Virus record (IMG/VR): IMGVR_UViG_3300033068_001655
Source: a virus
Lineage: Duplodnaviria; Heunggongvirae; Uroviricota; Caudoviricetes
Direction: 5' to 3' (one strand)
Length of the DNA: 64,000 nucleotides
Positions 10,004 to 20,482 of this stretch are shown piece after piece. Made by a program: the position numbers and the translations under genes. Position 1 is the first letter of the stretch. The number at the start of each line of letters is the position of its first letter. The notes below the pieces were generated by a model that was not told the origin of the DNA, did no database searches, and worked only from the letters and a program-made list of their open reading frames with translations.

Positions 10004-12640
10004 TTACTTAATATCCTCAACATTTATTGTATATCTCTCTTTAAGAACTGTAGAATCTGATACTCTAGTAATTTTAATTTTCTTTCCTTTATTTAAACTA
10101 AAATAAGGAACATTTGATAATTGTCCAGATATATCATATGGGAAAGACGCCGATGCACCATAAGAAACAAAACTTTCATTTGTGCTAATATCTAAAATGA
10201 TAGTCTTTGCAGGTGCAGTAGGGACTGACTGAACTGTATATTGTCCAGAAAAATCATATATAGATGATGTACCAATAAATAAGTTATTTAAGTAAAGTGT
10301 ATCTCCAGGTTTGATAGAGTTTGATATTAAAGTTTGATTCTCAACTAAAGTAACTTCTAGCTTAGAACTAACATTCATATTTAATGGTTGTGTTAAATCA
10401 ATATTAAACTTGAAATCTTTCCATAAATAAGCAGAATTAGATTGTTGGGTATTCTGATTATAAAAAACTGGTAAATCAATTGAACCTGCAAGTAAAACTT
10501 GTGTATTTGTACTATTAGTAACTATATCACTGTTCATATAAATATCTAACATCTTATTTTGAGTTGAATAAGGACCACCATTTATATGAATATCTACTGA
10601 TTGTAAATAATATAAATCTTTATCTAAAACAAATAATAGTTTATCATTATTTGGTAAATCAAGCTGTACTTCGTCATCATTAGTAAAGTTAACAAAGAAA
10701 TCTCTATTTGTAGGAACTGCCAAAGTAATTGGTATTGCACCTTGTGAGTTATACATCTCAGAGGCATTATAAACATAAATTCTTTCATAATTAGATGCAA
10801 TTGAGTCTAATTTAATAGAAGGTGGTGTTCCTGGTATAGTAGTTACATTAATTGTTGGTGATGCAACTAGTTGATTAGTTGAATATAATCTTAAAAGTGT
10901 TTCAAGATTGGATATTTTTGCATTTAAAGTATTCAAATCCGTCTGTGTGTAAAGTAAACTTTTTAGATAAGCAACATCATCTCTAACATTTGCTTGTTCA
11001 GCAATTAAATTAATAAAACTGTCATTAGTTGCGGCCAATCTTGACATAGAAGTATTGAATAAATTCATACTAAACATAGAATTTATGGCTTCTGGATTAT
11101 AAGCATCCTGTGGATTCTCATTTATAATGTTAAAGTTTAGGTTTAAACTAAAAGAGTAAGCAGTACCATCTTGAATACCATTAGTTACAAACTTTTTATA
11201 AGTTGGAAATCTTAATGAAGTTTCATCTGAAATAACATTATTATCAGGATTATCCAAGAAAGAAATACCATATAGGTTAGTTCTAACATTACCTGCACTA
11301 TCCTCAACATTGTAATACCACAAAATTGCATTAAATTCAAATGCAGTTGGTGGAGTATTATTTATTTCTAAAGCATTGAACTGGTCAAAGTTTGTTAAAT
11401 TTCGGTTAAGAATATTCATTTTAACATAGTGGTTAGTATTAAAGTCCATAGAGATACCATCAATTGCTTTACCATTGATTACTGGATTATTTATATCACC
11501 AGTAACACCATAATAAGAACCACTTCTTCTTACAGAATCACCATTTGCAGTTTCATATGTAAAATCTAATGTATCAAATTGTCCAAAGTAAGAACCAGGA
11601 TAATTTTGTGGAGTATTTACAATTGGTGAACTAAATGATTCAGCACCAACTATTTCTGGTTGATATTGACTTGGTATAATTGGAAATGTTTGATTTGGTT
11701 TGTAATTAACATCAATCATTGTTCTAAATAAAACATCAGGTGTTTGTCCAGTATGATCTGGTATATGTGCATGTACTTCTGTATAAGAACGATTTGCCTC
11801 TTGTACATTACTAACTCCTTGTATCTCACCAATATATTGTACTAATCTATTATAGACTAATTTTGCTTTTCCGGTAGTTTCAGTAAATCCAAGACCTGAT
11901 GACCAATCAAATGTTACAGAGGTTGAACTAACACTTCTTACTTTTAAATTTATACCGATATTACTGTCTATTCCAACTAGTTCTAAAGCAACAGATGTAT
12001 TAAATACATTATATATATTGACAACATCCCCTGCAACTAAATTAGTTACACTATTAAATGTTACTACTAATTGACCGTTAGGTGCATCGAAACTTACAAT
12101 ATCCCAGTCAACAACTTCTCTTTCTTTCCAGAGATACTCTGGAAAGTATTGATCATCGTTTAAACTAGCTGATTGAAACTCTGCTAAATTACTGAAATAT
12201 TCATCATCTGGGATAGCAGGTTCAAAATCAATTATATTTAACTTCTTAGCCCATTTAAAGAAGATCTTTTCAGTTGTCGTCTCCAAAGCATTATTATCAT
12301 AGTAATAATCTGTGTTATTTAATCTAGACTCTTTTATAACAATTTCTTGGTTAGCAACATAATTTCTTAGTGACTCAATAATTTGTTCTTGATATGTTGC
12401 AGCAGGTGTTGCATTTACTGATTTTCTAAATGCACTCTCAAAATCAAAATAAACAGGTTTTGAAGCAGTTCCTGAACCTGGTTCTAGGTTTTGCTTAGGT
12501 AAATTTAACAAAGTGTATTTAGAGAAATACATTTTGTAATTTGAATTCATATATTGAGCAGAAATATCCTCTGCTGAACTTGGAAATGCATAGAAGGAAG
12601 TACCGTTAGTTTTTAAGGATTTATACAAGGGACAAGACAT
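10004..12640 (-). CDS. Large putative virion structural protein
   Basis: ORF track 10004..12688. The likely start is MSCPLY at 12640, just after TATATA motifs. Confidence 0.6.
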   Translation of the reverse strand: MSCPLYKSLKTNGTSFYAFPSSAEDISAQYMNSNYKMYFSKYTLLNLPKQNLEPGSGTASKPVYFDFESAFRKSVNATPAATYQEQIIESLRNYVANQEIVIKESRLNNTDYYYDNNALETTTEKIFFKWAKKLNIIDFEPAIPDDEYFSNLAEFQSASLNDDQYFPEYLWKEREVVDWDIVSFDAPNGQLVVTFNSVTNLVAGDVVNIYNVFNTSVALELVGIDSNIGINLKVRSVSSTSVTFDWSSGLGFTETTGKAKLVYNRLVQYIGEIQGVSNVQEANRSYTEVHAHIPDHTGQTPDVLFRTMIDVNYKPNQTFPIIPSQYQPEIVGAESFSSPIVNTPQNYPGSYFGQFDTLDFTYETANGDSVRRSGSYYGVTGDINNPVINGKAIDGISMDFNTNHYVKMNILNRNLTNFDQFNALEINNTPPTAFEFNAILWYYNVEDSAGNVRTNLYGISFLDNPDNNVISDETSLRFPTYKKFVTNGIQDGTAYSFSLNLNFNIINENPQDAYNPEAINSMFSMNLFNTSMSRLAATNDSFINLIAEQANVRDDVAYLKSLLYTQTDLNTLNAKISNLETLLRLYSTNQLVASPTINVTTIPGTPPSIKLDSIASNYERIYVYNASEMYNSQGAIPITLAVPTNRDFFVNFTNDDEVQLDLPNNDKLLFVLDKDLYYLQSVDIHINGGPYSTQNKMLDIYMNSDIVTNSTNTQVLLAGSIDLPVFYNQNTQQSNSAYLWKDFKFNIDLTQPLNMNVSSKLEVTLVENQTLISNSIKPGDTLYLNNLFIGTSSIYDFSGQYTVQSVPTAPAKTIILDISTNESFVSYGASASFPYDISGQLSNVPYFSLNKGKKIKITRVSDSTVLKERYTINVEDIK

Positions 12641-12688
12641 AATTAATATATATATTTTAATGTATATATAAAAATAATTATTCTCCAA

Positions 12689-13714
12689 ATGGTTAAAAAT
12701 AATGAATCTAAAGTTGAAATAACAACAAGAAATAAAAAATATTATAATGATAAAAATTATAATTGTAATGTAGGTGATGTTATAGCAATAGACGTAACAA
12801 CAATGTCTAAAAAATCTAAAAATGTAGTCATTGCTATTTGTGAAATATGTGAAGGTGAAAATGAATTATCATTCGTGAAGTATAATATAAATATTGAAAG
12901 GGGAGGTTTTTACTCTTGTAAGAAATGTTCTGATGTTAAAAGAAGAAAAACAACATTTGAGAAATATGGTGTTGAATATATAACTCAACTAAAAGAATTA
13001 AAAGAAAAACAAAGTAATTGGATGTCTTCTAAAGAATTTAGAGATAAATCTAATAAAACACAAATAAATAAATATGGTAGTTTATTTGTACAAACTGATG
13101 ATTTTAAGAAGGATAATTCAGTTAAAATGAAAGAAAATATTAAAAAGAAAAAAGAAAATGGTGAATATTTTACTTTTTTATCATCTAGCGGAAATAATGA
13201 ATTAAAAAAGAAAGGTATGTTTAATAAATATGGTGCATCATATTCATTTCATATACCCGAAATTAAAAAGAAGATACAAGAAAGTAATTTAGAAAAATAT
13301 GGTCATATATCACCATTTGGTAATAAAGAAATACAAGTTGGTATAAAGAATAATATAATTTATAAAAGTTTAGAAAAGGAATGGACTTTTAATGGTGATA
13401 AATACAAATTAGATTTATTTAGAATTTATAGAAGAAAAGTTAGATACGAAACAGACCTTTTAAGAGAAAAGTTATTTAGTGAATGGAATGGTTATGATTA
13501 TTATGATAATGAATATATTAAAGATAATTTCAATCTAAATAAAAATGATAATAACTATCCGTCAATAGACCATAAAATTTCTTGTTTTTATGGATTTATA
13601 AATAATTTAGATACTAGTATTATTTCAGATATATCTAATTTATGTATAACTAAGAGAATTATAAATAGTAAGAAAAGTCAATTAAATGAAGATGAGTTTA
13701 TAAACAAGAGTTAA
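12689..13714 (+). CDS. Free-standing HNH-type homing endonuclease with K-T-x-x-E-K-Y-G repeats
   Basis: CxxC pairs, KTTFEKYG/SNLEKYG repeats, C-terminal SIDHKIS...NLCITKRIINSKK. Antisense to the structural operon. Confidence 0.7.
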   Translation: MVKNNESKVEITTRNKKYYNDKNYNCNVGDVIAIDVTTMSKKSKNVVIAICEICEGENELSFVKYNINIERGGFYSCKKCSDVKRRKTTFEKYGVEYITQLKELKEKQSNWMSSKEFRDKSNKTQINKYGSLFVQTDDFKKDNSVKMKENIKKKKENGEYFTFLSSSGNNELKKKGMFNKYGASYSFHIPEIKKKIQESNLEKYGHISPFGNKEIQVGIKNNIIYKSLEKEWTFNGDKYKLDLFRIYRRKVRYETDLLREKLFSEWNGYDYYDNEYIKDNFNLNKNDNNYPSIDHKISCFYGFINNLDTSIISDISNLCITKRIINSKKSQLNEDEFINKS

Positions 13715-13955
13715 ATACATCAATAGTTTGAGTATATGATAGACCTGATAATTCACCATGAAATTTTTTCAAAAATTCATCTCTCATAGTATTTATATCA
13801 CTATAGTAATTATCATCACTCATGTGTGTAAATTTTGATGATAATTCAATATGTGAATTGTTATATTTATATTCATCTACCCAGTCAAACATTTCTTGAT
13901 TAGGCAAATCACCATCAACATAAAAAAAACTTTTATAACCTTCTAAGTATTTCAT
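13698..13955 (-). CDS. Hypothetical protein (MKYLEGYKSF N-terminus)
   Basis: 85-aa ORF in the operon. Starts with a variant of the shared N-terminal motif. Confidence 0.65.
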   Translation of the reverse strand: MKYLEGYKSFFYVDGDLPNQEMFDWVDEYKYNNSHIELSSKFTHMSDDNYYSDINTMRDEFLKKFHGELSGLSYTQTIDVFNSCL

Positions 13956-14365
13956 TATTTGTTTATCATTTTAACGACTTCCATAAAAGCTCGTTCTGTC
14001 CCTTTAATTACATATTCATATAATCCAAACGCATTTACTTCTGTTGGTGATTCGTCATAAAACTTTATATTATTTAGAATCTCATCAATATCATTTCTGA
14101 ATTTTAAGTAAAAGTCATAAATATCAGAATCATTTATAAATCCTTCAACTTTAACATCTTCAGGGTTTTTCTCAAATGACTCAATAAATGATTTTAGCTC
14201 ACCACCGTTTTTTTGGATAGTGTTTTCAATCATTTTCTGAACTTCTTCCATAACTTCTGGATACTTAGAGTTATCTAAAGTTTTAATACCTTCTGGTGTA
14301 GTTTGCTCAGTTGGTTGCTGTACTTCCTCAGCTTCGTTTATAAATTGTGAATATCTTTTTAACAT
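13955..14365 (-). CDS. Acidic hypothetical protein with capsid-targeting-like N-terminus
   Basis: Starts MLKRYSQFINE. Confidence 0.7.
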   Translation of the reverse strand: MLKRYSQFINEAEEVQQPTEQTTPEGIKTLDNSKYPEVMEEVQKMIENTIQKNGGELKSFIESFEKNPEDVKVEGFINDSDIYDFYLKFRNDIDEILNNIKFYDESPTEVNAFGLYEYVIKGTERAFMEVVKMINK

Positions 14366-14377
14366 AATCTATATATT

Positions 14378-17300
14378 TTAATTCCATTTTGCTTTTTCTC
14401 CAAAAATACCATTATACCAGATACCACCTTTCCAAAGTCCAGTTTCAAAAATACCATTTGTCCAAATACCTGATTCCCAGGTAGCATTTTTAAATCTACT
14501 AACAACTCTTAAATTTGTTTCAACATCAATTGCATATGTACCCTGTGGATTATAATAATAAGGTGAGTCTAAATTGATATAGACTTTTGTTGTTTTATTA
14601 GTAATATCTACATCAGTGTGTAATACTTTATATCTATCGGATGTAAAATAGTTAATATAAGGAATTCCATTAGTTGATAATGTTGATGGTTTATTACTTA
14701 ATATACTAATCTCATCACCTATTTTAAATCTAAACACTCCATTTAATTTAATATAACTATCACCATTTACAGTATCGTTGATAAAATTGATAACTTGAAT
14801 ATCTTCCAATATACCACCATGCCAAGTACCTGCTTTAAAATTAACATCATAAACAATACCACCATATAAATCTCCTGAATACCAGTTACCAGTGTACCAT
14901 ATTGAATATTTATGTGATTCTGAAACTTCTGTTACTCCATTATTATCAGAAAGTAACCTAGAATAGAAACTACCACTTAACCACTCACCTGAATGCCAAT
15001 TTGCGGTTCTACTGTTATAAGCTTTTGTTCCAAATCTTGCAGTATTATTCTTTTCTTCAAAGATACCTTTGTACCACATACCATTTTCAAAATCACCACC
15101 GTTCCATTTTCCGTCAATCCAGAAACTAGCCTCGTTATTACAATTAAGAATACCATTGTTCCAAGTACCAGTTACCCAGATACCACCAGAAAATTCTCCA
15201 TTATTCCAAATACCGTCATTCCAGATACCCTTATACCAATCACCTGCATTCCAAGTACCACCGTACCATCTTCCATCAACCCAAGTACCATCATTCCAAG
15301 TACCATCGTACCATCTACCAGTAAACCAAGTAGATAGTGATTTATCAGATGTATTATTACCAATTTCAACTGAAATTAGATTATCTATAATTTTTTTAGC
15401 ATTCCAAGTACCACCATACCAATCACCAGACTTCCAAGTACCAGATATCCAAGTACCACCAAACCATCTACCACATTCCCATATACCTTTATACCATATT
15501 ATATTTGTACCATCGGTGCCGATAATGGCATCTCTTATTTCGGCCTCTAATATCCAAGGAAATTGTAATGATAGTGTTTCAATAGTTAAACCATCAACTA
15601 ATCTAAATCTAAATTTATTAAAGTCAACATTTACTAAACTATGTATTTCTCCGTTTAGTTTTAAATTATCTACATTTAACTCAATTGCATTTTTACCTCG
15701 TTTATCAATACCAACATCAATGATGTCAACCGGTTGATAATTCAAGAAAGGGTCCATTTTAACATATTTTACAAAACCACTATCATGTGGGACTACTGTA
15801 CCAAGTGGAACATCTATATAGAAACTATTATTACTAATAACCGTAACATTATGATACCCAAAATATTGTTGGTTTAAAAATTCTGATGAGTGTGTACCAC
15901 CATTAAATTCTAAAACTACTGCATCTCCAGTTTTTAAATCATGATCTTCTTTACATATAATATAAAATTGATATTCGGAAGAACCATCTGGTAAATAACT
16001 TGATGTATCTTGTATCTCAATATTATACTCTTTTGATAATCTAGTCATATTCATTGATAACTCATTCTTATGATCAACATAAATTAAAGCAGATAGCTCT
16101 TTAATAGTATCAACATCAGATAATAATATTTTTGCATATGAATCTGTTGATATTTTAAAGTTCATCTCTCTTTCATAAGTATAGAATACTTCTGCAGGGT
16201 TATTTCTAATATTTTCCTTTCTTAATCTAGCTCTTTGAATATTATTTAGTTCTTGTAAATCTTGACTTATTTGTATTAGTTTTCTTCTTGAAATTATATC
16301 GATATAAAGATGGTCCTCATATAAAGTATATTCTATACTTTTATGAAACTCTATAACATATTGAGTAAAACCATCTATCGCACTTTGTTTTGTATCAATA
16401 TACTTCTTCATTACTAATAATCTTTCAGTAGTATACGTACCACCAGTGGTATAAATAGTTACATCAACAAATGTATTAATAAATATACTCTCCCATTCAA
16501 TTCTTAAATCTTCACCAAATCTAATTCTATTACTATTTAAGTCTGGACTCAATCCATTATAATCGGTCTGTACAGTTGTTTTTGTTAGACTATTTGCTCC
16601 TGCACTAGGAATACCTCTATAATCAGGCATTGCCAAATACTCTTTATTTGCATAAAATTTAGGATTACTAACAGTTTTATCATTTAATCCTTCTAAATAA
16701 TCCAATAAATTATATGTTGGTGTATAACCAAATTTTAGGAATCCATCTTTATAAGACATTGTTGCAATAACATTACTTAAACTATCATTTGCAAAAACGT
16801 TTGTTGCTAAATTATAATAAGCAGTTAAGTTATTAAACTTTGCATTTATATCAATACTAGGAATTTCACCGGTAACATTATTATAAACTAATTCATAACC
16901 ATTTGAAATAGGGTGTAAGTTGAAATTTTGTTCTAACTCATCAACACTATGATATTTATTTAAGTTTGTTATAACAATAGGATTTGTAGTTTTTGTTAAA
17001 TTTGTTGTTATATTATCATTAAAGTTAGTAAACATATAGATATACTTGTAATCTCTAGGTGCAAAACGTATTAGTGGACCACCGTTAACATATGTACGCA
17101 TTGTCTTAATTTTATTTACTACAAAATTACCATCAACAACATCACTTTCTAGTCTGATAACATCACCAATATTAACTTTATATGTTGTTGGGACTTTTAA
17201 AACCATTATATAGTCATAAACATATAGTGATTTTAGACTGGTTGCGTGTGTAATTGTAGTAATACCTTGTCCATCAAACTTACTTTGTTCATTGTTTAAA

Positions 17301-20197
17301 ATTGAAGGAGCTAATCTTGATAATTCATACTCTGTATTATCAACACTACTACCAGTAAATTGAATGTATTGTTTAGGACTATATGAGAATGTTGTCGATA
17401 TTTCAACTCTTGTACTCTCATCTAGTGGTATTGTAGTATCAGCATAATATTCAAATGTTTTTGAAGTATCTTTCCAATATGTCAACCAGTTTGTTTCAGA
17501 TTGTGTCATAAAACTTGGTGCAGTTGCACTGTGTACTAGTGGATTAAACCAAAGATTTGATAATGTTTCTGTTAAGTTGATATTTGTTGAATTTGTATAA
17601 ACAAAAGTTAAATCCCAACTTGTTAGTGTTCCAGTGAATACTGGACTTGGTTTACTGATTATAAATGAAATTGGTTCAAATCCAAAAGAATCCAAAAATT
17701 CAGTATTTACAATAAGTGGTGTTACAACATATATAGATAATGTCCAGTTACCTGTAATAGTACCAATTAAATCTGATAATAGTGTGGTATTTGATAAATA
17801 TCCACTTACACCCTTGTTTAAAATTTTATCCATCTGATATGTGTTATTATCATATGATACATCAGATGTGTCTGCAAACTTAGTATATAAACCACTAGTA
17901 GTGAATTTAGTATTTACAAAATCGGTTCCTGTACCAGTATTATCTCTTTTAAGATTTATAATTTTACCATTAGGTGCTTTTAAGTTAACATTCAAGTTAG
18001 TTAGTTGACTACTTGTTAAGTTTAGATTAACAACAATATCTAATGGTTGTGGTAATGCTTGAGTTACCTGAATAGTATTTAAAACATTTGTATTTGTATT
18101 TATTTGAGAACTTGTACTAGAACTAATTGTATAATCAGATTGTGTACCCAATAGGATATTTACTGAGTTTGGTAATCTGTATTCTCCAGTATCAGTAAAG
18201 AAGTTTAATTTACTAGCAATATCATAGTCAAGGAATAACATTTTAGATTTTAATCTTGATTCAAACTTATCGTCAAGTAGTTTAAATGACAATTGACTTA
18301 CTGTTCCACCAGTAAAACTATATGTTGATGACTGTAATAATGAGTTATTTCCACATATTAAAAGTTCGTTATTATAATTGTATATTCTATTAACATATAA
18401 AGAACTTTCTGATTGTGAAACTTGTAAACCAACCACTGTATTTGAATATTGATTATCTACTCCAATATATTGATAGTTGTATAAATCAAAGGTTGATATA
18501 CCCTGGAATGTACCTTGTTCTGTAGTATTGTCCCAACTAAAATAAAACTTTGATGTCCCATTTATATTGGTGATATTTGTAATTCTACCGTGATCTTGTG
18601 ATAAACCTAAATAAATAAAGTCAAAGTGAGGAATAGAATCATTTATATCATAAACAATAACCTTATTATTGTCTGTAGTAAGTAATAGTAATTCCTTGTT
18701 TGGTAAACAAGATGACTGTGTAAAGTATGAAAAACTTAATCCCCAGTTACTTTCTTTATGAACATAAATATCATTAATGTTATCAACTAATAAATACTCT
18801 TCATAATCATCAATGAATCTAGATACTCTTCTTTTATAAACATCCCATCCAGTAATATCCTCGTGTAGTTCTAAAAATACACCTGAATTACCTACAATGT
18901 AAATTGTACTAGATTCGTGGAATATAGCTTTATTGTAATAATAGGCAGAAAAATCATCTACTATAATTTTATCCCAAGTATTACCACCATCTTTTGTAAT
19001 TAAAATAGTATTTAATTCACCTACAATAACACCTTTTAGATTATTATAAAATGAGATGGATTTTAAGTTTGTTTCAAATCCACTATCAATTTTTTTAATA
19101 GAAAAGTCAGATTTACTAACTCTTAGTATAACACCCTCATCACCACAAATCCAATAATACTTATCAGTTTTTGTAATACTTCTTAAATTGACTTTGTACT
19201 TATTTGGAATTATTGTTGATGTTCCATATTGAGTATTTAAAATTACACCAAACTCTCCAACTGCAATTGTTCTTTCCGGAATACTATAAGTTATACCATC
19301 TAAATTAAGTGATTCGTTACCATATTTAACAATATCATAATAGTTTATTTCAAATAAATTATTATAATCAACTCTATTTCTTACCAACCAGTTATGTTTT
19401 TCAATAAATTCTACAGGTTCATTTAATGAAGTAGTAGGATAATATCCATTTAAAAGTCTACTTAGATGAAATTGTTTTTGTGTATTAGTATTTCCTAACT
19501 TAACAGAAACACTATATCTAATACAATCTTCATATAAGGATAAATCATCTGTTTTAGTTAGTCTATTATTATTAAATAAGTAAATACCATTTTCAGAGTT
19601 GTAAAATTTATATTCTATGGTAGTACCATAATCTTGTACAACATAGTAAGGACCTTTAAAGTAAGTATTAGGGTCGGTATCAAATGGCAAAGCAGTTATA
19701 CTCATTTGATCTTTAACCAATAATCTATGTCCGTTTACTAATTTAACACCATCAATAGTTAGATTAGTGAAAACTTCATTTAGATTTGTTATTTGACCAA
19801 CAGTAGCAACATCTACATAAATATAATTTTTAATAGAGTCTTTTATCAACCTATCCGGTGTGAATAGATTTTTTAAAGTTAAACCATACTCAGAAATATA
19901 CTTTTGATAGTAATCAAATTCTGATACTTGATTTATAGGAGTTGCATGTAAAGTTGGAATTACTGCATTACTGTATTGTGATCCATCTAAACTAATAAAC
20001 CAATTTCTAGGTTCATACTCACCTAATATATCATAGATGTTATCTAAATTATTTACTGGTAAATAAGTTGCCCCACTAAGACATTTTGAATAGAATCTGG
20101 TGGATTCTAATTCTTGTTTTAGATAATCAAAATTACTCTTTGATAATAAATCGTTGGTAGTAACCCATTTGTTATAATCACTATTAAATGTCCACAT
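14378..20197 (-). CDS. 1939-aa multidomain virion protein (BNR/YCF48-like propeller, P-domain-like module, C-terminal Trp-Gly pentapeptide repeats)
   Basis: VGEFGVIL, ICGDEGVIL and TKDGGNTW Asp-box; LNVNLKAPNG...GNWTLSI...LTSWDLTF; WxxGx repeats. Confidence 0.75.
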   Translation of the reverse strand: MWTFNSDYNKWVTTNDLLSKSNFDYLKQELESTRFYSKCLSGATYLPVNNLDNIYDILGEYEPRNWFISLDGSQYSNAVIPTLHATPINQVSEFDYYQKYISEYGLTLKNLFTPDRLIKDSIKNYIYVDVATVGQITNLNEVFTNLTIDGVKLVNGHRLLVKDQMSITALPFDTDPNTYFKGPYYVVQDYGTTIEYKFYNSENGIYLFNNNRLTKTDDLSLYEDCIRYSVSVKLGNTNTQKQFHLSRLLNGYYPTTSLNEPVEFIEKHNWLVRNRVDYNNLFEINYYDIVKYGNESLNLDGITYSIPERTIAVGEFGVILNTQYGTSTIIPNKYKVNLRSITKTDKYYWICGDEGVILRVSKSDFSIKKIDSGFETNLKSISFYNNLKGVIVGELNTILITKDGGNTWDKIIVDDFSAYYYNKAIFHESSTIYIVGNSGVFLELHEDITGWDVYKRRVSRFIDDYEEYLLVDNINDIYVHKESNWGLSFSYFTQSSCLPNKELLLLTTDNNKVIVYDINDSIPHFDFIYLGLSQDHGRITNITNINGTSKFYFSWDNTTEQGTFQGISTFDLYNYQYIGVDNQYSNTVVGLQVSQSESSLYVNRIYNYNNELLICGNNSLLQSSTYSFTGGTVSQLSFKLLDDKFESRLKSKMLFLDYDIASKLNFFTDTGEYRLPNSVNILLGTQSDYTISSSTSSQINTNTNVLNTIQVTQALPQPLDIVVNLNLTSSQLTNLNVNLKAPNGKIINLKRDNTGTGTDFVNTKFTTSGLYTKFADTSDVSYDNNTYQMDKILNKGVSGYLSNTTLLSDLIGTITGNWTLSIYVVTPLIVNTEFLDSFGFEPISFIISKPSPVFTGTLTSWDLTFVYTNSTNINLTETLSNLWFNPLVHSATAPSFMTQSETNWLTYWKDTSKTFEYYADTTIPLDESTRVEISTTFSYSPKQYIQFTGSSVDNTEYELSRLAPSILNNEQSKFDGQGITTITHATSLKSLYVYDYIMVLKVPTTYKVNIGDVIRLESDVVDGNFVVNKIKTMRTYVNGGPLIRFAPRDYKYIYMFTNFNDNITTNLTKTTNPIVITNLNKYHSVDELEQNFNLHPISNGYELVYNNVTGEIPSIDINAKFNNLTAYYNLATNVFANDSLSNVIATMSYKDGFLKFGYTPTYNLLDYLEGLNDKTVSNPKFYANKEYLAMPDYRGIPSAGANSLTKTTVQTDYNGLSPDLNSNRIRFGEDLRIEWESIFINTFVDVTIYTTGGTYTTERLLVMKKYIDTKQSAIDGFTQYVIEFHKSIEYTLYEDHLYIDIISRRKLIQISQDLQELNNIQRARLRKENIRNNPAEVFYTYEREMNFKISTDSYAKILLSDVDTIKELSALIYVDHKNELSMNMTRLSKEYNIEIQDTSSYLPDGSSEYQFYIICKEDHDLKTGDAVVLEFNGGTHSSEFLNQQYFGYHNVTVISNNSFYIDVPLGTVVPHDSGFVKYVKMDPFLNYQPVDIIDVGIDKRGKNAIELNVDNLKLNGEIHSLVNVDFNKFRFRLVDGLTIETLSLQFPWILEAEIRDAIIGTDGTNIIWYKGIWECGRWFGGTWISGTWKSGDWYGGTWNAKKIIDNLISVEIGNNTSDKSLSTWFTGRWYDGTWNDGTWVDGRWYGGTWNAGDWYKGIWNDGIWNNGEFSGGIWVTGTWNNGILNCNNEASFWIDGKWNGGDFENGMWYKGIFEEKNNTARFGTKAYNSRTANWHSGEWLSGSFYSRLLSDNNGVTEVSESHKYSIWYTGNWYSGDLYGGIVYDVNFKAGTWHGGILEDIQVINFINDTVNGDSYIKLNGVFRFKIGDEISILSNKPSTLSTNGIPYINYFTSDRYKVLHTDVDITNKTTKVYINLDSPYYYNPQGTYAIDVETNLRVVSRFKNATWESGIWTNGIFETGLWKGGIWYNGIFGEKAKWN
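14381..15496 (-). repeat. W-x-x-G-x pentapeptide coding repeat
   Basis: e.g. WFTGRWYDGTWNDGTWVDGRWYGGTWNAGDWYKGIWNDGIWNNGEFSGGIWVTGTWNNG. Confidence 0.9.
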
Positions 20198-20200
20198 AAA

Positions 20201-20416
20201 TTATTTCTTTACTTTTAGTTCCCAAATAACTGTTTTGCTGTCTAATTTAACATCACTTTTAATTATTTTAACTTTTGACTTCTTTAGAACCACTCTTATA
20301 TCTGATATAAAATTATCATATTGATAAATGTCTTTTATATAGTCAGAAATGTCTATTGAGTAATTAGTTTCATTTGAGAATATTAAATCATAAATTAAAT
20401 CGTCAGTTTTATTCAC
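20201..20416 (-). CDS. Small hypothetical protein (start uncertain)
   Basis: 71-aa GTG-start ORF. An out-of-frame ATG at 20436 follows the TATATA motif. Confidence 0.55.
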   Translation of the reverse strand: MNKTDDLIYDLIFSNETNYSIDISDYIKDIYQYDNFISDIRVVLKKSKVKIIKSDVKLDSKTVIWELKVKK

Positions 20417-20482
20417 AACAAAAAAATTTTTTTCATTGTATATATTAAAATCTAATGACCTTTAAAGAAATAATTGTGATTA

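Noticed and set aside
14993-15737. Plus-strand ORFs with FQVP/IPST repeats
   Set aside because: Antisense shadows of the Trp-Gly pentapeptide region.
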